A DNA stretch of 62,948 nt, filler included, from Octopus bimaculoides (taxonomy: Eukaryota): assembly GCF_001194135.2 (NCBI RefSeq). It is 7 parts of 7 records of this genome, joined end to end, with 100 filler letters (N's around TTAATTAATTAA, not from the genome) between each part and the next. Parts side by side here need not be neighbours in the genome. Positions count along the whole stretch, not along the records: positions 1 to 17,160 come from NC_069003.1; positions 17,261 to 28,087 come from NC_068983.1; 5 more parts are not named here. One strand, given 5' to 3'. Of this stretch, positions 13,506-26,412 are shown one piece after another. The translations under genes and the position numbers were made by a program. Each line of letters begins with the position of its first letter. Positions within the stretch are counted from its first letter, which is position 1. Under the pieces are notes generated by a model. The model worked only from the letters and a program-made list of their open reading frames with translations. It had not been told where the DNA came from and did no database searches.

Positions 13506-14949
13506 CTGAAATAACAAAGAAATATCGAGATCTCTCGTTCTCATTCACCTTCGGAGCGATTCGCTGCGCCTAGCTTTGAATTATAATTTTGTTCTTTTTT
13601 TTTTAACACACTACACCTTTAAGTGGATTTTCTCTAGAGAAATACCACCGCCTAAAAGCATTTAATAACATACATACATTTAGTATGTGATATTGATAAT
13701 GCTGTGTCTATGTGTGTGTGTGTGTGTATATGTGTGCGAGGGCGCGGATATATGTGTGGATTGGCTCTCAATCGGCTTCGACAACAATTGTTCCAGTTGA
13801 TTCGATTGGGAAATCAACATGCAAGTAGATAAGGTGTAGCTTGTTAAAAAAAAAAAATTTTTTAAAAACCTCTGACTACAAAAACATGAGGTACAATACC
13901 GTGTGCATATTGAAAACGCCATTTAATTCACACAATGCCCTACTAACAATACTAGTGAAAAAAATACAATTGTACAGTAAAGTAAATATTTCAATGTTTA
14001 GAATAAAAATATTATCAAAGTTGTATTTCCACTTCCAGACACAATTACTTTTGAAATAAGAAAACTTAAGAAAGTATATATTTTACTTGTCATTTTTTTT
14101 TTATAAACTTATCACCAGCAAGAATAAAGAAACTTCTCTTAAACCAGTTAAATATATCATATTGTAGAGGAAACAATAGGTATAATAGAGCACTGTAATA
14201 ACATCATACAAGTCAATAACGAAGAACATGTAAATACTGACTTGAAACATTTTACGTCATGAATGTGTATACGTTGTTCCATTTATGCAAATGATTGTCT
14301 TAAATGAATCATACAGTGTACTAAACATTGATCTTTGTTTACTCCATTTATATTGTTGCATCCTCTCCGGAGATTTTTCTTGTAGCTGATTTAATTACGA
14401 CTTGCAGAATGGTATTCAGATGTTTTACTTTTTTCTGTTTTTTTTTTATTTAATTACTATTATCAGTTATTATTTTTTTTTTTTTCCACCTAGACATTTT
14501 CTTTTTAGCTGACATAAGATATTTCATATGCGTATTCTCTATTTTCTCCAGTTAATAGAATTGCTTATATCTGGTTATACGAAATGCTGGAAACAATAAA
14601 TAAATCTCCAAATCTCTTTCGAAGCACACTATATTTTGGAAGCACAATACATTTGAAAAGAAATTATACACTATATAACCAACCTCAGCGTGCACATCGC
14701 GTATAAACATTTCTGAACTTACTTCGTCGCAGTCTTCAGACTTAGAAGAATTCATAAATATATATGTAATTAAAGCGAGTGCAGGATTTCAGTTAAAATT
14801 GACCAATTCGTTATTAGCACGATACGACGATCTGTTGTACCCCGATGTGAGAAAATAGAGAAGTGCAGACATCTCCACAGATCCCTCACATTGTTACTGA
14901 CGAATTCAAATTCTAACTTATATTAGTAAAGTAGACCAAAATAGCGAGA

Positions 14950-15832
14950 TCGTTCGGCGTTGACAAACTGAAAGCGAGAAATGTCAACAATAGATTTAGA
15001 TTAGGTGTAAATAACAAGCTTAAAATAGAAGTTAAATGATATTCAAGATCTTGTAGCAGACCGGCTGAATTGCACACATCCGTCAAGGAAATTGTAAACT
15101 GGCAAAAAATATAACTTGGATATCATCTGACAGCTCAAAACATGTTGATGTAAAGGAAGCACAGAAAAGAAAGAAAGACAAACTAGTAATACTGATAATT
15201 ATGGCATAGGTATTGCCAATATTACAATAAAGATAAAGAAGTAAGACTTCGTTGTAAATTGATAAATAAATCTGGCTTGAGAAAATGAAGAGAACTCAAG
15301 AAACAGGTTGCGAAAACAGTAACAAAAACTCTATAAATTAAGGAATTTAGAGGATGTGTAAATAAAACTAACATGGCCGCAGTCAAAATGACTGAAACGA
15401 ATTAACGCAAGACAAACAGGGGAAAACTCTCAACAGCAACGAAGATATTCAAAACCGTTGAAGGAGTATGCTGTCAGTGCAAAATACTAAAATCCAAACA
15501 GTAGACTTATTGTTTGATGTAACTATGAGTATCTTATTATCTTAAAAAATGCCAATTCCAACGGAGAATCGGATACAATTGCGTGAATCAAACAGCTGAA
15601 GAGTAACGAAGCTCCACATCAAGATGAAATTGATACGGAATTATTGAAACATGGCGGCTCAATTATGTTGAGCTTCTAAACTTGTTCAATAATATTTGGA
15701 AGAAGGGATACGTACCTGAGATTGAAAGACATAGAGCCATAGTTAAGTCAGTTAAGAAGCGAAGACTCTCTCAATGTAACAATTGGAAAAGCGACTCACT
15801 ACTCTCTATCCCAGGCGAAAACCTTTTGTCAT
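14950..15832 (+). pseudogene. Decayed RTE-clade LINE ORF2 (linker to start of RT)
   Basis: Successive fragments FGVDKLK..RFRLGVNNKL, TWISSDS, GKTLNSNEDIQNR(W)KEY, IKQLKSNEAPHQDEIDTELLKHGG, LNLFNNIWKKGYVPE, CNNWKSDSLLSIPG follow RTE ORF2 order. Confidence 0.75.
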
Positions 15833-15959
15833 CAGATAATTCTTAGAAGCAAAACACAATAGAAAATTCAACGAGAGAGAGAGAGACTGACAGACAGACA
15901 GACAGACATTACGCGGTCGATGACATCCAGAGAAAATATATTAAGCACTAGCCCGAAAA

Positions 15960-16800
15960 TGCACATTAGATAAATCACAGAGCCTGCACATGAGATAAGA
16001 CATAGAATATGCAATAGATAATATAAAGAGAATATGAGTCAGATAAAACTCAGAGAAGACCCAAACGACAATAGCATGCGAATTCCTATTAGATAACACA
16101 GACAACACGAATAAGATCATAAACAGAGAAAGCACGTTAGATGGCACGCAAAGAATATACAGATAGCACACCGGGAGTACACTATAGATAATATACAACC
16201 AACACCGTAGATAACAAACAGACAATGCACATTAGATAGCACAAAGAGAATATATGTTAGATAACACACAAAGAATATGAAGTAGGCAATAAACAGAGAA
16301 AAGAGAACAATAAACAGAGAAAGCATATGAGATAAAATATAGAAGATAAACAGTAGATTATAAACAGAAAATACACATTGGTTAATATACTGTACATCAG
16401 TGGTTCCCAACCAATTTTTTTCTTTGGATCTCTTTAGTTATTATTTTACTCCGGTGGGAAATTTATAATCATTCAATATTTTTTTTTTAAATATTATATT
16501 TTAATTATTAAATATTATCAGGATTTGTATTTTTAAAAATTGCTAAAATAGTTGGTGTATATTAGTAGAAGTATCAACAAGTTATTGCACAAAAATTTCA
16601 ACGAAATGCTTTATATGGAATCTGAAGCGCAATATGGACCACGGTTGAAAAACGCTGCCGTAGATAATACGCAGAGAATATCCGATGAATAGTACACTTA
16701 CAATAAACATTAGGTAATAAACGCAGAATACAGAAAAGATAATACTGAGAGAATGCACTTCGGATGACATACAGCGAATATGCATCACATAGCATGGCAC
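15960..16800. repeat. Degenerate ~21-24 bp minisatellite anchored on AGATA, interrupted by a MITE
   Basis: Units such as tagataaatcacagagcctgcaca / tgagataagacatagaatatgcaa / tagataatataaagagaatatgag occur on both sides of 16398-16657. Confidence 0.65.
16398..16657. mobile_element. hAT (Charlie-like) MITE
   Basis: Termini cagtggttcccaacc ... ggttgaaaaacgctg; 8-bp flanks ctgtacat / ccgtagat (6/8 match). Confidence 0.8.
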
Positions 16801-16827
16801 TGCGTGGTTATAACGATGAGAATTCAA

Positions 16828-16945
16828 GTTGATACGATCAAATGAACAACCTACTGAATGTGCAAGAGACTAAACACTCCACAGACACGCGTATCTATAA
16901 CGTAGTTCTCAGAGAGATTCGGCATGGCATAGAAGGTGACACGAC
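16828..16945 (+). mobile_element. Fragment of a further SINE family (E)
   Basis: gttgatacgatc...cactccacagacacgcg...gtagttctcagagagattc...ccctttgaattacaggta; a related piece lies inverted at 51056-51108. Confidence 0.6.
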
Positions 16946-17008
16946 TGTCCCTTTGAATTACAGGTAAATACATATATATCTATACATGTGTATATATATA
17001 TATATATC

Positions 17009-17063
<55 letters not shown>

Positions 17064-17072
17064 ACATATATA

Positions 17073-17106
<34 letters not shown>

Positions 17107-17160
17107 GAGACAGAGAGATTCATAGATAGATAGATATATATGCATGTATATATATATATA

Positions 17161-17260
17161 NNNNNNNNNNNNNNNNNNNNNNNNNNNNNNNNNNNNNNNN
17201 NNNNTTAATTAATTAANNNNNNNNNNNNNNNNNNNNNNNNNNNNNNNNNNNNNNNNNNNN
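17161..17260. other. Artificial scaffold join 1
   Basis: 44 N + TTAATTAATTAA (17205-17216) + 44 N. Confidence 0.95.
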
Positions 17261-17892
17261 TATATATATATAACAACCTGAACAAAAACACAATAGAGGA
17301 CAATAAAACATTCGGTCAGATAGACGATATAATGGCGGACAGGAGAAACAACAATTAGAAGGAGAAGGGAAAAAAGGACGGATTATTCGCAGCCTTCTTT
17401 CTTCAGTCAAATCCTTACCGTTTGGGGCAGTTACATTTAAGACAGTTCAATCCGGTTGCTTCCAAAAATGTCTAAGCAAAGAGCATTAGATTTTTGTAAG
17501 AAGGCTAGCGAATGTGTACGGCAAATAGGCAAAAAAAATGGAGAACATGATTACAAATACAAACAACAAAAATATAACAACAGGTGTCTTTCGACTGAGT
17601 GCGAATCAAATTGAGCTGCTGTGTATGAAGTGAAAGCCTAAGCGCGCGAACAAAGGACGGACATGAGAGGTGTAGGCGATCGGCAGTCAGGCCAAGAAAG
17701 AAAGATCATGGCTTGCCGGACATCTATGGCAGAGAAACGTACTGCATGCATTGGTCGGTCATTAAAATAAACACCAGATTTTTCCATTTACAAAAGCATG
17801 TTATAAAGAAAAAGGAGCAGATAGGAAGAAAAAGGAAAAATAAAGAGTTAGTAAGTAAACAAATAAAATAAAGGGTAAAAAGTGAAGAAAAT

Positions 17893-19386
17893 TCACAGCT
17901 GCAATGCTCTTTTTTGTACGTGTGACGTACAAGTTAGGACATTCTTTTGCACTTCCAGCATGGATAGTAAGCCATGGATCGTTCTTAAATAATTTTCAAT
18001 TCCCTTTTTGATCATTCCAAGTGCTCTTACAATCATTGCTACTGTAACCGTCTTGAGATGCCAAATCTTTTCGATTTCGATTAGCAAATCTTTATATTTT
18101 CTGAGCTTATCAAATTCTTTTGCCGAGATAGTATGGTCACAGAGTATGCTCATGTCAATCAATAAACAGGCGTTATTGTTTTCGTCTTTCACAGCAATAT
18201 CTGGTTTATTTGCTTTGATGGTCCGGTCTGTACATGTTAGGAAGTTCCAAAAGTTACATTTTCTCCTTTAGTTACAGCCTCAGGGTGGTGCTTGTACCAT
18301 TTCTCAGCAGTTTTGATTTTATAATGCCGACACATTATCCAATGTAGATATTGACCAACTCTATCTTGTCTTGTCTTGATTTGTAGTCTACAGGTGCTAA
18401 AACCTTACATCCAGAGATTAGGTGGTCCACTGTTTGAATCCCATCGTTGCAGTATCGGTACTTTAGGTCTACACTATTTACATCATATTGGCTTGATAGT
18501 TCCGGGTCAATAAGCTCTGATCTTAGGCGGCCAAGATAAAGCCTGCACTCTCTGTCTTTAGCCTTGAGCTCCATAGCCACTGATGGGTGTGTTTCTGGTC
18601 TAAATCACCTTGTTTGCTACAGGCCACATATTTGCCATGCAGAGGTTTTTTGTTCCCACTTATCAGCTAATTGTTCAAACGCATTTTGCTTTGCTATTGC
18701 TTTTACCTTCTTTGCAACTACAGTTGCTGCACTTCCATCATGCTGTTCAACCTGATTATTAATGGATAAACTCACTTGAAAATATTTTGCTCACCTTGAT
18801 AAAAGAATGAAGCTTCTTACCTCATTCATGCTTTTCAACGAGTTTAGATGTTTCAAGATATTTTGCTAGTTCAACTGTAGTGGTTTCGTAGATTTCAAAC
18901 TAGATCAAGCCTCGACCTTCTAGAACGGTGGGTAGGTAAAGACGATCTGCGTCTGCCTTTGGGCGGTGCACTTTATAGCAAGTCAGCAGGTTACTGATTT
19001 TCCAGTCAATCTTCCTTATTTCCAATCCAACACATTGAAACTGTAAATAACATTCCAGTTCAACACATTCAAACTGAAAATAACAACCGGAACGGCTAAG
19101 GAATTTATAGCTAGCTCCTTATTGCGGTCATTTAACTCGGACTTTAGGATTGTTCGAACTGTCCTGTAACACACCTTCCTCACCTCCTCTGTCGTACTTG
19201 CCTGTTGAATGCCAGAGCCCTCACTTATTCCGAGGTATTTGTAAGTTTGTTCCTCCTCGAGTTCCTTTATGATTGTGTCAACATCTAACACCACTGAATG
19301 TGAGGTCTTCAATTTCCATTTCTGGAAAGTGGCCTTCGCACATTTAGCAAGACCAAACTCCATCCCGATCTCATCAGTGAATGCTA
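17893..19386 (-). pseudogene. R4/Dong-type non-LTR retrotransposon, 3' part (RT C-terminus, zinc knuckle, restriction-like endonuclease)
   Basis: AFTDEIGMEFGLAKCAK, YKYLGI, ILKSELN..NK.LAINSLAVPVV, LHGKY, TVDHLISGCKVLAP, LLIDMSI..D..I..KE..KL.KYKDL.IEI, ending at a stop at 17893. Confidence 0.92.
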
Positions 19387-20623
19387 ATTATCTTTGTTGT
19401 TGTTGTTGTTGTTGTTGTTGTGTTTGTTGTTATTATTGTTATTAGGTAATATCAAGAATATAGATAAAAATGCTTTGACTAAAAAGACAACAGAAGGGGC
19501 GAAGCCGATTTGAACAGACGACTATCTGATGCTCTAAAAAGATTTCTTACATCTTGACTTCACCTTTACTGCTTACGTATGATAAAGGCTCCTTTCGTGT
19601 AAAGCATCTGCATAACCATTTTAATTTCGAATGTTCTGAAACTTTCCAGGACTAAATTAGTCGTGCATATAATTCTATAAAATGCATTCAAAACGTTTGT
19701 TGAGTAAGTACCCTTATATTTCTGAGTTTTCTCATAAAATTGTTTAGTAACTGAAATTATTCTAGAGTGCTAACTGAAGACCTAAATATTATTATAGCTT
19801 ACCATAAAAACATTCTACTTCTCTTTGCGTACTTTTGGCGTACACAGAATTTTTTTTATGAGAATTGAAAATATTTATAAATAACGTAATGCATAATTGC
19901 TATCAACATTTTTTTATGTTTCTTCCTCAAACAAAAATCTTTATACTTACCGCAAAGTTTTTTTTTTATTAGCATTTATTTAGTTTTAGAGTATTCGGTG
20001 AGCTAAAAAGCCTACATAAAGGGAAGTTAACCATAAAATCATCTTTGTATAATATTCGTGTAATATGTTTCTAAAATTATGGGTCGTATGATTCGTCTAT
20101 ACATTTATGGCATTAGCAATGAAATCTCTTTGACGATATTATGGTTTTTACCGTAGGCAATAGAACGAGATCTGGATAATTTTCCCTCACATTTCTGATT
20201 TTTCTTTTATAGCGTATATATAACGCCGATATTGTTATAGTCTGAGCTATTTCCTTGCCATTTGAAATCATGATCGATGTATCTGTCGTACAAACAGAAC
20301 TGGAATGTAATTGAGAGAAATATATTCGAATATATGAGGGAGATAATTCCTGTTTGATGGGTTTGCATCACATGTCACATACTGTCGTCTAGGATAAAGT
20401 ACTTAATTCTTCTTACCTAATATAAATCATGTATAGTTGGTTTTGAACTGTAATATAATCCACAGCGCAAATGTACACTGTGCAAATCATGTCACAAATA
20501 ACCAAGGAAAGTTTTATTTTTTATAGAAATTGCATGATAAACCCCTGCCCGTCTCTCTTACATATACATATATACGTGTTTATACATGCATATGTATTTG
20601 TGTGTGCTTGTGTGTTTAGATAT

Positions 20624-20682
<59 letters not shown>

Positions 20683-20714
20683 TGCATATCATCATGTGCG
20701 CACACGCAGCCGTG

Positions 20715-21250
20715 TGCATAACTTTCTTTTGTTCTTCTCTTGGCTTCGTTCCCTTTATGCGATGAGTGGCTAAATCGTCAGAAATGTTCTTTATCTTCTG
20801 TCTTCATTATCAGGTATTTTAACCAGAAGTTGGGGATCTTGTCGTGCCCAGGTGCCTCCCAGTTGCTTAGTCTTTGCAGTGCCTGGGTGACTTCTTCAGT
20901 TGTTATAGGGGTCCAGAGTTGTCCAGGTGCTAAGTTCGTTGTTTTAATAGTCCTTTTCTGAGGTTATTCCTTCACCGACCATATTTCTTTCCAAAATTCT
21001 TCCACATCTTCTGCTGTTGGAGCTGCAGCAATGTCTATTTTATTTTTGCCACGTTCTTGGTAGAATTTCTGGGGGTTAGATTTGAACTGTTTGTTTTGTT
21101 CAAAGAAACGTTGGCGTTTCTCATACCGGCGAATCCTCTGCGCTTTCGCAAGAATATCTTGCTTTAGCTTTCCTTTTGCCTCAGGTAAATCTTTTTCTGT
21201 AATGTTGTATTTGTACAGTATTTTTGTTTTCTTCTTCTTACTTAGGAGTG
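20715..21250 (-). pseudogene. R4/Dong-type LINE fragment, region just N-terminal to RT
   Basis: KLKQDILAKAQRIRRYEKRQRFFEQNKQF..NPQKFYQE, DVEEFWKEIW, LSNWEAPGHDKIPNFWLKYL. Confidence 0.88.
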
Positions 21251-21274
21251 TTATTATTATTATTATTATTATTA

Positions 21275-21337
<63 letters not shown>
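21251..21337. repeat. (ATT)n microsatellite between the Dong fragment and the adjacent 560-bp element
   Basis: Directly visible. Confidence 0.95.
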
Positions 21338-21897
21338 GTGTGTGAGAGTCCAGAGCATCCCATCAAAGTGACATTGGGATAACATTTACGAAGCCCAGTA
21401 TACCTATCACGACTACCCGTCGGATAAGGGTATACCAGGCACATGCCTCGCAGTCATATTTGTGCGGCATGGTGATCTCATATCAAGATAAACAGCGCAT
21501 GGCCTTGCAAGTGGGGTCCAGTTAGAATTTGCTTCAGGTCGAGTAGCCCATCCCGCTCAAATAGTCCTCGAATAAGGGTTGTTTAAGGATGTTGAATAAA
21601 ATATCCATGTTTCCAGAGGTAAATTATTGAAACCCTAAAGAATCCCTCTCACGTCATGGCTGTGATGCACCCCCACTACTTCTGCTCGTGATCGGTGATG
21701 CACATATCGTCAACCACCAAGGGACATGCTCAACTGGTTAAGATCAAACAACTGATAAATAAATCTGTGGTATTAAACTGAATATTTGCTGTAGCCTTTC
21801 TTTTATACCAAAGCAAAAAGAATTGTACGTGATAGCACTTCCAATCCGTTAAGATCAGAAGCCATGAAAGCCACTGCCTGGTACTACATCAATGCAT
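21338..21897 (-). mobile_element. ~560-bp non-coding interspersed element embedded in (TAA)n, putative non-autonomous retroposon
   Basis: GC-richer block bounded by (ATT)n on both sides (21251-21337 and 21901-22050). I recall this sequence as an abundant octopus repeat; only one copy is in this window. Confidence 0.65.
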
Positions 21898-21936
21898 GAA
21901 TTATTATTATTTTATTATGATTATCATTATTATTAC

Positions 21937-22006
<70 letters not shown>

Positions 22007-22493
22007 GTTGTTGTTATCGTCATCATCATCATCATCACCATCATTATTATTCTTAAGGTAGCATTCTGGCAGAATCCTTAACATGACAGATAAAATACAT
22101 TGAGACATTTATTCTAGTTCTGAATTAACATACGACCGAGGTTATATTTTACTGCCATTCTTCTAGTGGTATATAAAATAAAACTCCAGTCATGAACTGG
22201 GGTCAATGTAAAACTGAACGTGCCTCCTCCCATCAAAATTATTAGTTTCGTGTCAACATAAGAAACAGTTATTATCATTACTTGCATTGTTGCGGTCGTA
22301 TTATTATTCGTATAAATAAACGATAACGTTTCTTCGTTGCAAAAGACAGACTTCAAACCTTAACCAATTACGTTCTGTGATTAGTGCATCTCATTGGACG
22401 TGCTACGAAATAAGAACTTGACGTGAATGTATTGACAATGTGTATGTTATGTAATAATGCCATCAAAACTAGATTTACTTTCACCTTGTACAC

Positions 22494-22587
<94 letters not shown>

Positions 22588-24319
22588 CCTCCATAAACAC
22601 AAACATTATGTATCAATAAGAAAATCAAAGTCTGGGATTTAAGATAGAAATATTGAAATTACAACAAATGTACCTAGAGGTTTTGGCAATGATGCACTTA
22701 ATTGAATTAATCAAGTAAATTATATGCCACAGTGTAGTAACATATTTAGAAGGCGTTTTGCTTGGTTTAAGGGATGTGCATAAGAATTACCATATTTAGC
22801 TTCGAGATCGAGCATATTAATAATTAGGAAATCAAAGTGCTTGTAGACATTCTGCTATTTTAAACAGTTCCAAAATATATATTTGAACGTCATACGAATA
22901 TAGTATATTTACATAATTTACATTAAAAATATTAATGTCTTTTAAAGCCTCTAACTGTCAGAGGAGAATTTCAAAGTTGAATTACAAGGACCTATCAGAA
23001 AAATTGGAGTTGATACTATATTATTTTCTACAAAATCCATAATGAAATATTTGATAGAGCGGTATGTATTTTTGACCATGTGTTAAAAAAAGAATCAAAA
23101 CATCATCTGGTAAATAAAAGCATCCCAACCGGTTTTGCATTCATGTTTGTTGGCATCGTGGAGACGATACATGTAGATATCTCAACTGTCTGCTTTATCA
23201 ACTTTAATTAGATGCTGAGAGGTAGCAATGTGCTATAAAGAAACTTTGAACCACTAGTAATAAGAATTATTCTTCAAATCAAAAGCTGTGGTTCAAATAA
23301 GGAAGATGATGATAGCAACGATACCGTAGGCCATTATATTCCTAAGAAAGACAAGTAACAAAGTGTTAATAATTGGAATACCTTTGATCACATCATAAAT
23401 CAGCTTTATAAGAACTGACTTGTGTAAACAAAAAGCAAGAAGAGTATACAGCTCTCTACTATTGTTTCAGTATTTTCTTGACTAAAAGTACTGAGCATAA
23501 TTCGTTGAGAAAAGCTATGGGCACAAGCTCAGTTTCTTATCCAAACGGAAATTTATTTCACGTGCACATTTAGATTATCATTATAATATCCATTCTTTTG
23601 TATTATAACACGTTTTACATTTGAATACTATTATGAAATTTTGGTGCTATAAATGGTTAGTAAGAACAACTCCCGTTTGAGACAAATCACTGACATTATA
23701 TGACTTCATATTTTGAAACTGAGACAGTAATATCATAAGTGTACGAAAATATCGAATTGTGTTTCATTTCTGTCTTTAAAATGTCGAAACCTCATGTCCC
23801 ATTTTTGTTCACTAACATTTCTTATGTTTCTCAGATTTGATTCACTGAGAAGATTGTAAAAAGATACCTAGCAATTTCACGGATCAGATATAGGTAATCG
23901 AGCTATACAAGGAATAAGGGTTGTACTTATTTTGCTGCACTCAAACAATTAGAGATCAAAACATCAAATCAACTTTGCAAAGAATTGAACTTCTCAACAT
24001 TTTTAAAACAAATGAACGCGATGAAAGTCGAATTCAATTCGTACGTATTTCATGAGTGGGTCCGTCACTGCTATTTCTGCCAATCTAATTCCGTAAGGTA
24101 TTTAATGCAAGGATTCTAACATCGCCACACTCCTATTGAGTGCAGTTGATTGATACAACTCTGAGACATTACTACGATTTATACTAATACACTATATTAT
24201 TTATTTCTGAAAGTTCATTCAGAAATGATTTTAACTGAAATTCATGTGTCTGGTGAAAATATTGGTGTTGCGACCAACCGTTGTCGGTTCAATCTGCTTC
24301 TACTTGGCGAAGTATTTTC

Positions 24320-25082
24320 TAACTATAAAGCAATAGCTTTATCTAAAGTTCAAGTCAACAACGTTGAGTAATTTGGGCCGGTAGATTACCCGAACGAGGA
24401 AAATAACGCAATGTTAGCACCAAGTAGTGTTTAGGCATAAGCAAAGTTTAAGTTAGTTAAAATATGTTTGTGATATATTTCAATTGCTAAAAGGCAAATT
24501 CCCTGCAGTTACCGCGGGGAAAATATATCTCTCATGGTAGAAAAGGTCTGAAAACACTCGGTTTGTTCAGTGTTGCAATCGCTGAAGAATCCGAGACATC
24601 GATGTTTCGAGTTTTTTTTTTTACTCTTGTTAATGTGATGTGCCTAAGAGAAACAACTCTGAACAAACTAGAAACCAATAGCTTTATAAGTTGACTGATT
24701 TGCGCTGGTAGACTTCTCGATCGAGGAAAATAACGAAATGTTAGCGCCGAACAGTATCTAGGTATAAGCAAAATTTAGGTTACTTAAAATATGTTTGTGA
24801 CATATTTCAATTGCTAAAGGCGAATTCAGGGAATTTACCGTGGAGAAAAAATATCTCTTATGGTAAAAAGGTGTGCAAAACATCCGGTTTGTTCAGTATT
24901 GCCATCTATCAGGAATCCCAGATAGCAATGTTTCGAGTTTGTTTTTTGACTCTTGTCAATGGTATGTGCCTGAGCGAGGCAACTCCTGTCAAACTTATAA
25001 AGCAATAGATTTATGTAAAATTCAGTCAACAACGTTGACTAATTTGCGCTGTTAGATCATCCAGTCGAGGAAAATAACGAAA
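24320..25082. repeat. Diverged tandem repeat, period ~330-345 bp, about 2.2 copies
   Basis: Anchor gaggaaaataacg at 24396, 24723 and 25067. Collinear blocks ttaaaatatgtttgtga.atatttcaattgctaaa, cggtttgttcagt.ttgc and atgtttcgagttt are repeated. Confidence 0.9.
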
Positions 25083-25117
25083 GATATATTTAGAGCAGCA
25101 CGAAAGTTGACCTGACG

Positions 25118-25320
25118 TTACATACTTCTTTCTTGTGAGTCGCAGACAATAATATCTGGCCTATTATATATACAAAATGCTCCACCAATAATTCATGTGT
25201 TGATGTTCTTGTAGGAACTCCATAAAAGGAGTGTTCTCTATATTTATTCCAGAAGAGTCTCGTTTTTTGAATGCAATTGTATATTGGTTTAGCAACAAAT
25301 TCGTGTCACATAAGGAGGCA
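25118..25320 (-). pseudogene. Fragment of a second R4/Dong-like LINE family (start of REL endonuclease)
   Basis: ...MEFLQEHQHMNYWWSI, frameshift, YNRPDIIVCD; the same PD motif as at 47370-47715. Confidence 0.6.
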
Positions 25321-26346
25321 GTATATAAGTATGTATGCTTGTATATAATAGATACATAAACATAGCAAATTTAACCATTTCTCCCTTGACTGAAAAGAAT
25401 AATGAACAGCCTTAGTTGGTTTTCGTAACTTATTGGATTCTCATCAGATGCGTCTTTATCAATATGCCCAAGCCCATAGAAAAGAAAAAAGTAGCTAGTT
25501 TTCCTATATAACCAACGATAACAGTAGCTACAGCAAACGGGAGCTACTAATTTGTATACTATAAATGTTAACACTTTATTTAATATTAGGGTCCTGTCAA
25601 CGGAGATCAAAGTGCACACAGTATCAAGGTTTGATACAATACATATAATCTATATCGTAGAGAGATAAACTCAGGTAATCTAGCTATTTCTTCAGTCCAT
25701 CGCCAACATATTATTCATGAAATATGTAATCATCTTAGAGAAGAGACACGTACGCTAGTAACAGTTACTCCCACTAACCAGCGTGTGTGCAGCGAAACGG
25801 TAATTGGCCTGTCGGAATATTGTAACCAAAGATATTATTGTCAACGTCTATCATAAAAGTAAATACATATCAACTCTAACTTATTCTGGCATTCTAAGAC
25901 TTATGTCACAACAAAACCGTTATGATATTTAATATTTAATATTCCTACCGTGTCTGAGTATATTGATTTTAAAACTTTTCGTCCGTGGAATCTATCACAG
26001 AGTATGTATGCGAAATTGATGATATTTGCATGCAAGTCTATTTGTTTATACAAATGATATTTAAATATTGTAATTCAAAATAAACAAACAAAAATAAATA
26101 CTTAATATTCGAAGTTGATTTTATTTTCAAATGTTTGGATATTTTACGCAGCGTTAGCACGCAAGGGCCAGCAGAGAGCCAATGAAAGCTTATACAAAGA
26201 GAATTATGTTTAAAGTAAATTTCGTCTAAAATGTGATAAAACTAAAAAATTGAATCTGAAGCAAAGCGTGCACATACCCACAACAACTCTTATATTTATG
26301 ATTGTATGTATGTATATACAAACATACATACCATACATATATACAT

Positions 26347-26411
<65 letters not shown>

Positions 26412-26412
26412 T

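Noticed and set aside
17270-17770. Interspersed repeat that I recall as Penelope-associated in octopus
   Set aside because: No protein motif, terminal structure or second copy is present in the window to support a classification
20207-20368. 53-aa - strand ORF with a signal-peptide-like segment (MQTHQTGIISLIYSNIFLSITFQFCLY...)
   Set aside because: Short, only a GC or weak GT donor, and hydrophobic runs are common in T-rich strands. The same applies to ORFs 9854..10042, 11847..12029, 22114..22356 and 54123..54323
17893-21250. Treating the two collinear Dong fragments as one disrupted element
   Set aside because: The RT core is absent, the 1.3-kb spacer shows no RT similarity, and each piece has its own microsatellite-abutting 5' end. 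Independent truncated insertions are at least as likely
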